From contig NC_068992.1 of NCBI RefSeq assembly GCF_001194135.2, forward strand, positions 7,779,790 through 7,843,789: a stretch of 64,000 nucleotides of DNA. The letters run 5' to 3'. Shown here in pieces: positions 61,951-64,000 of the stretch; position 1 is the stretch's first letter, and each line of letters opens with the position of its first letter. This DNA comes from Octopus bimaculoides (Eukaryota). Under the pieces are notes generated by a model that saw nothing but the letters and a program-made list of their open reading frames with translations, was not told where the DNA came from and did no database searches. Made by a program: the position numbers and the translations under genes.

Positions 61951-64000
61951 GCGTGGTAACGATTCTGCCAGCTCCCCGCCTTAGACTAGTCGAATATATA
62001 TTGGCTATGTCTTTGTAATTCAGTATCTCTTCCACGCATCTATATGCTTGTAAAATAAAAGCAGCATAGCACCTATGATTCTCGGAAACCGCTTTCATGC
62101 TCAGAATTGTCGAAGCACGGAATGAACTACCCTCGTCAGCTGTTTAAGTCAGGACACCGAATATAACAAAAATTCTATTCATCCAACATTGCCCCTGACG
62201 TATCTGCACCATTTCCTCTTTGTGGATATTTTATTATTTCTGTCTTTTTGTGTTTTGTTCTGTGTACAGTGCATACACTTTGGGCTTTTCTTCAGTTGGC
62301 TTCTTGTTGCTTTTTATCCTTTCTAATACTCTTTTTCCGACACTGTACAATAATCTTATTATCATCACTCAAGTAGCGAGCTGGCAGGATCGTTAGCGCG
62401 CCCCCAGACAAAAATGCTTAGCGGTACTTCGTCCTGCGTTCAAATTCCACCTCGGTGGAATTTCAGGGTTGATAAAATAAGTACCAATCGAGCACTGGGG
62501 TCGATGTAATCAACTTAACTTCTCCCCCCGAAAATTCTGGCTGTCTGTCATAATTTGAAAATCAGTATTTTAATGGCTATTGACAAAATGCACTTTCAGT
62601 TTATTTTCATTTATTTCTCTCAAGGCCAGATTTAGGGGTAAGCTAAATACGATACAGTTAAGGGTTTCACATTCAGAAGGACCCTCTCAAACTCTTAATT
62701 TCTTTTTTGTTAGTCTTCGATTACTATTCCAGTCCCATTCGCCTCATAAAGCCACAAGGGAGCTTTATGGGATTATTAGTTTATTCCATAAGCACACAAC
62801 CTCAAATCTGTGTGAAGAGAACAGTACTTGACTAGTATTTTATTTTATCGACTCCGGAAGAATGAACAGCAAAGTTAACATCAGCATGATTTGATTCTAA
62901 AGCGCCGCTAGTAAATACCGCAGATATTTTCCCCGACGCACCAACGATTCTGCCAACCCATAGTTTTATTTTAATTTATGTTTAAATACCGGTTTAATCC
63001 AATTAACGGTAATTAGCTTTATTAACTAATTAGCCCTACTATTTTGTTTTAATTCCTTAATTACACAAATTTGAAAGATTTTTTTGTTCTTTTCATAATT
63101 ATGATTAAACGTCAAAAGTTAAATTTTGCGTTATTTTCCTTATTCGGTCAATAATTACCAAATATGGTTTATAAGGTNNNNNNNNNNNNNNNNNNNNNNN
63201 NNNNNNNNNNNNNNNNNNNNNNNNNNNNNNNNNNNNNNNNNNNNNNNNNNNNNNNNNNNNNNNNNNNNNNNNNNNNNNNNNNNNNNNNNNNNNNNNNNNN
63301 NNNNNNNNNNNNNNNNNNNNNNNNNNNNNNNNNNNNNNNNNNNNNNNNNNNNNNNNNNNNNNNNNNNNNNNNNNNNNNNNNNNNNNNNNNNNNNNNNNNN
63401 NNNNNNNNNNNNNNNNNNNNNNNNNNNNNNNNNNNNNNNNNNNNNNNNNNNNNNNNNNNNNNNNNNNNNNNNNNNNNNNNNNNNNNNNNNNNNNNNNNNN
63501 NNNNNNNNNNNNNNNNNNNNNNATATATATATGGGAATGCATGGTGCTGATTAAAAAGGAAGAAAGGATAAAGGTGACATCGCCTTTCTTGCGGCCGAAA
63601 GCCTCTTTTCGCATGTCGAGCGAAGGGAAGTGCTGCTTTTGGTTAAGGCTGACGCAAAAGCGGGTGTTGCTCCTTGGTCTGGGAATATAGATTACAATTT
63701 CGCACAGGCTGCTTTCTTGGCTCACTTCGTCAGGCTTCTACACGGTGTCTGCCGGTAAAATTTCTCTTACTCTATTTGGCTCGACCCGGAGCTATGAGAA
63801 AAATTAGCACAAAATATCGAATTAGTGTACACATGCTTAAAGTCAAAGGTGTCTCAGCCTTGACTATTCCCTCTTTTGTTTAGTACTACATCTAGGTAAT
63901 GTATCTAGGACTACATTGCCCAATATGTTGATTTAAAAACGACAATAATGATTTGAGTGACATTTGGCTGCTATTTCTAGCAAGTCTAGCTATCGTGTAG

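Noticed and set aside
2961-62570. tRNA-like A/B-box sequences at many positions
   Set aside because: All continue into SINE bodies, often with TSDs, and lack complete cloverleaves; they are not tRNA genes.
572-63725. Many long ORFs in the supplied track that contain X runs or (YI)n, (HT)n, (CV)n or (LS)n tracts
   Set aside because: They are artefacts of N-gaps and di-/tetranucleotide microsatellites, with no coding signal.
63540-63800. GC-richer segment with short open frames near the window end
   Set aside because: No recognisable domain; probably an unclassified repeat fragment next to a gap.

Overview
This is AT-rich, gap-ridden animal genomic DNA with about 16 N-runs, mostly bordered by (TA)n. 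The microsatellite load and tRNA-derived SINE families point to an octopus draft assembly; the species call is inference. The main feature is a complete minus-strand ARMC9 (LisH/armadillo ciliary protein) gene that I reconstructed by hand. It has 23 coding exons from 55526 to 32768, all GT-AG with consistent phases, totalling 2397 nt (798 aa plus stop). An RFX X-box lies about 3.1 kb upstream of its ATG. A second, plus-strand gene at 9794-11714 looks like a secreted PI-PLC X-domain (PLCXD-like) phosphodiesterase whose catalytic core falls in an assembly gap. The rest is repeats: several SINE families (some with clean TSDs), two mariner remnants, a hAT transposase remnant, an R4/Dong LINE scrap, an internally deleted Helitron with a PIF1 helicase remnant, several fold-back MITEs, a Penelope-type end with a hammerhead-like motif, and a gag-only L1/Tx1-like element apparently inserted into a SINE head. 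There are no prokaryotic systems, CRISPR arrays, rRNA or genuine tRNA genes. Most ORFs in the supplied track are artefacts of gaps, microsatellites or SINEs. Homology calls come from remembered family motifs, not from database searches.
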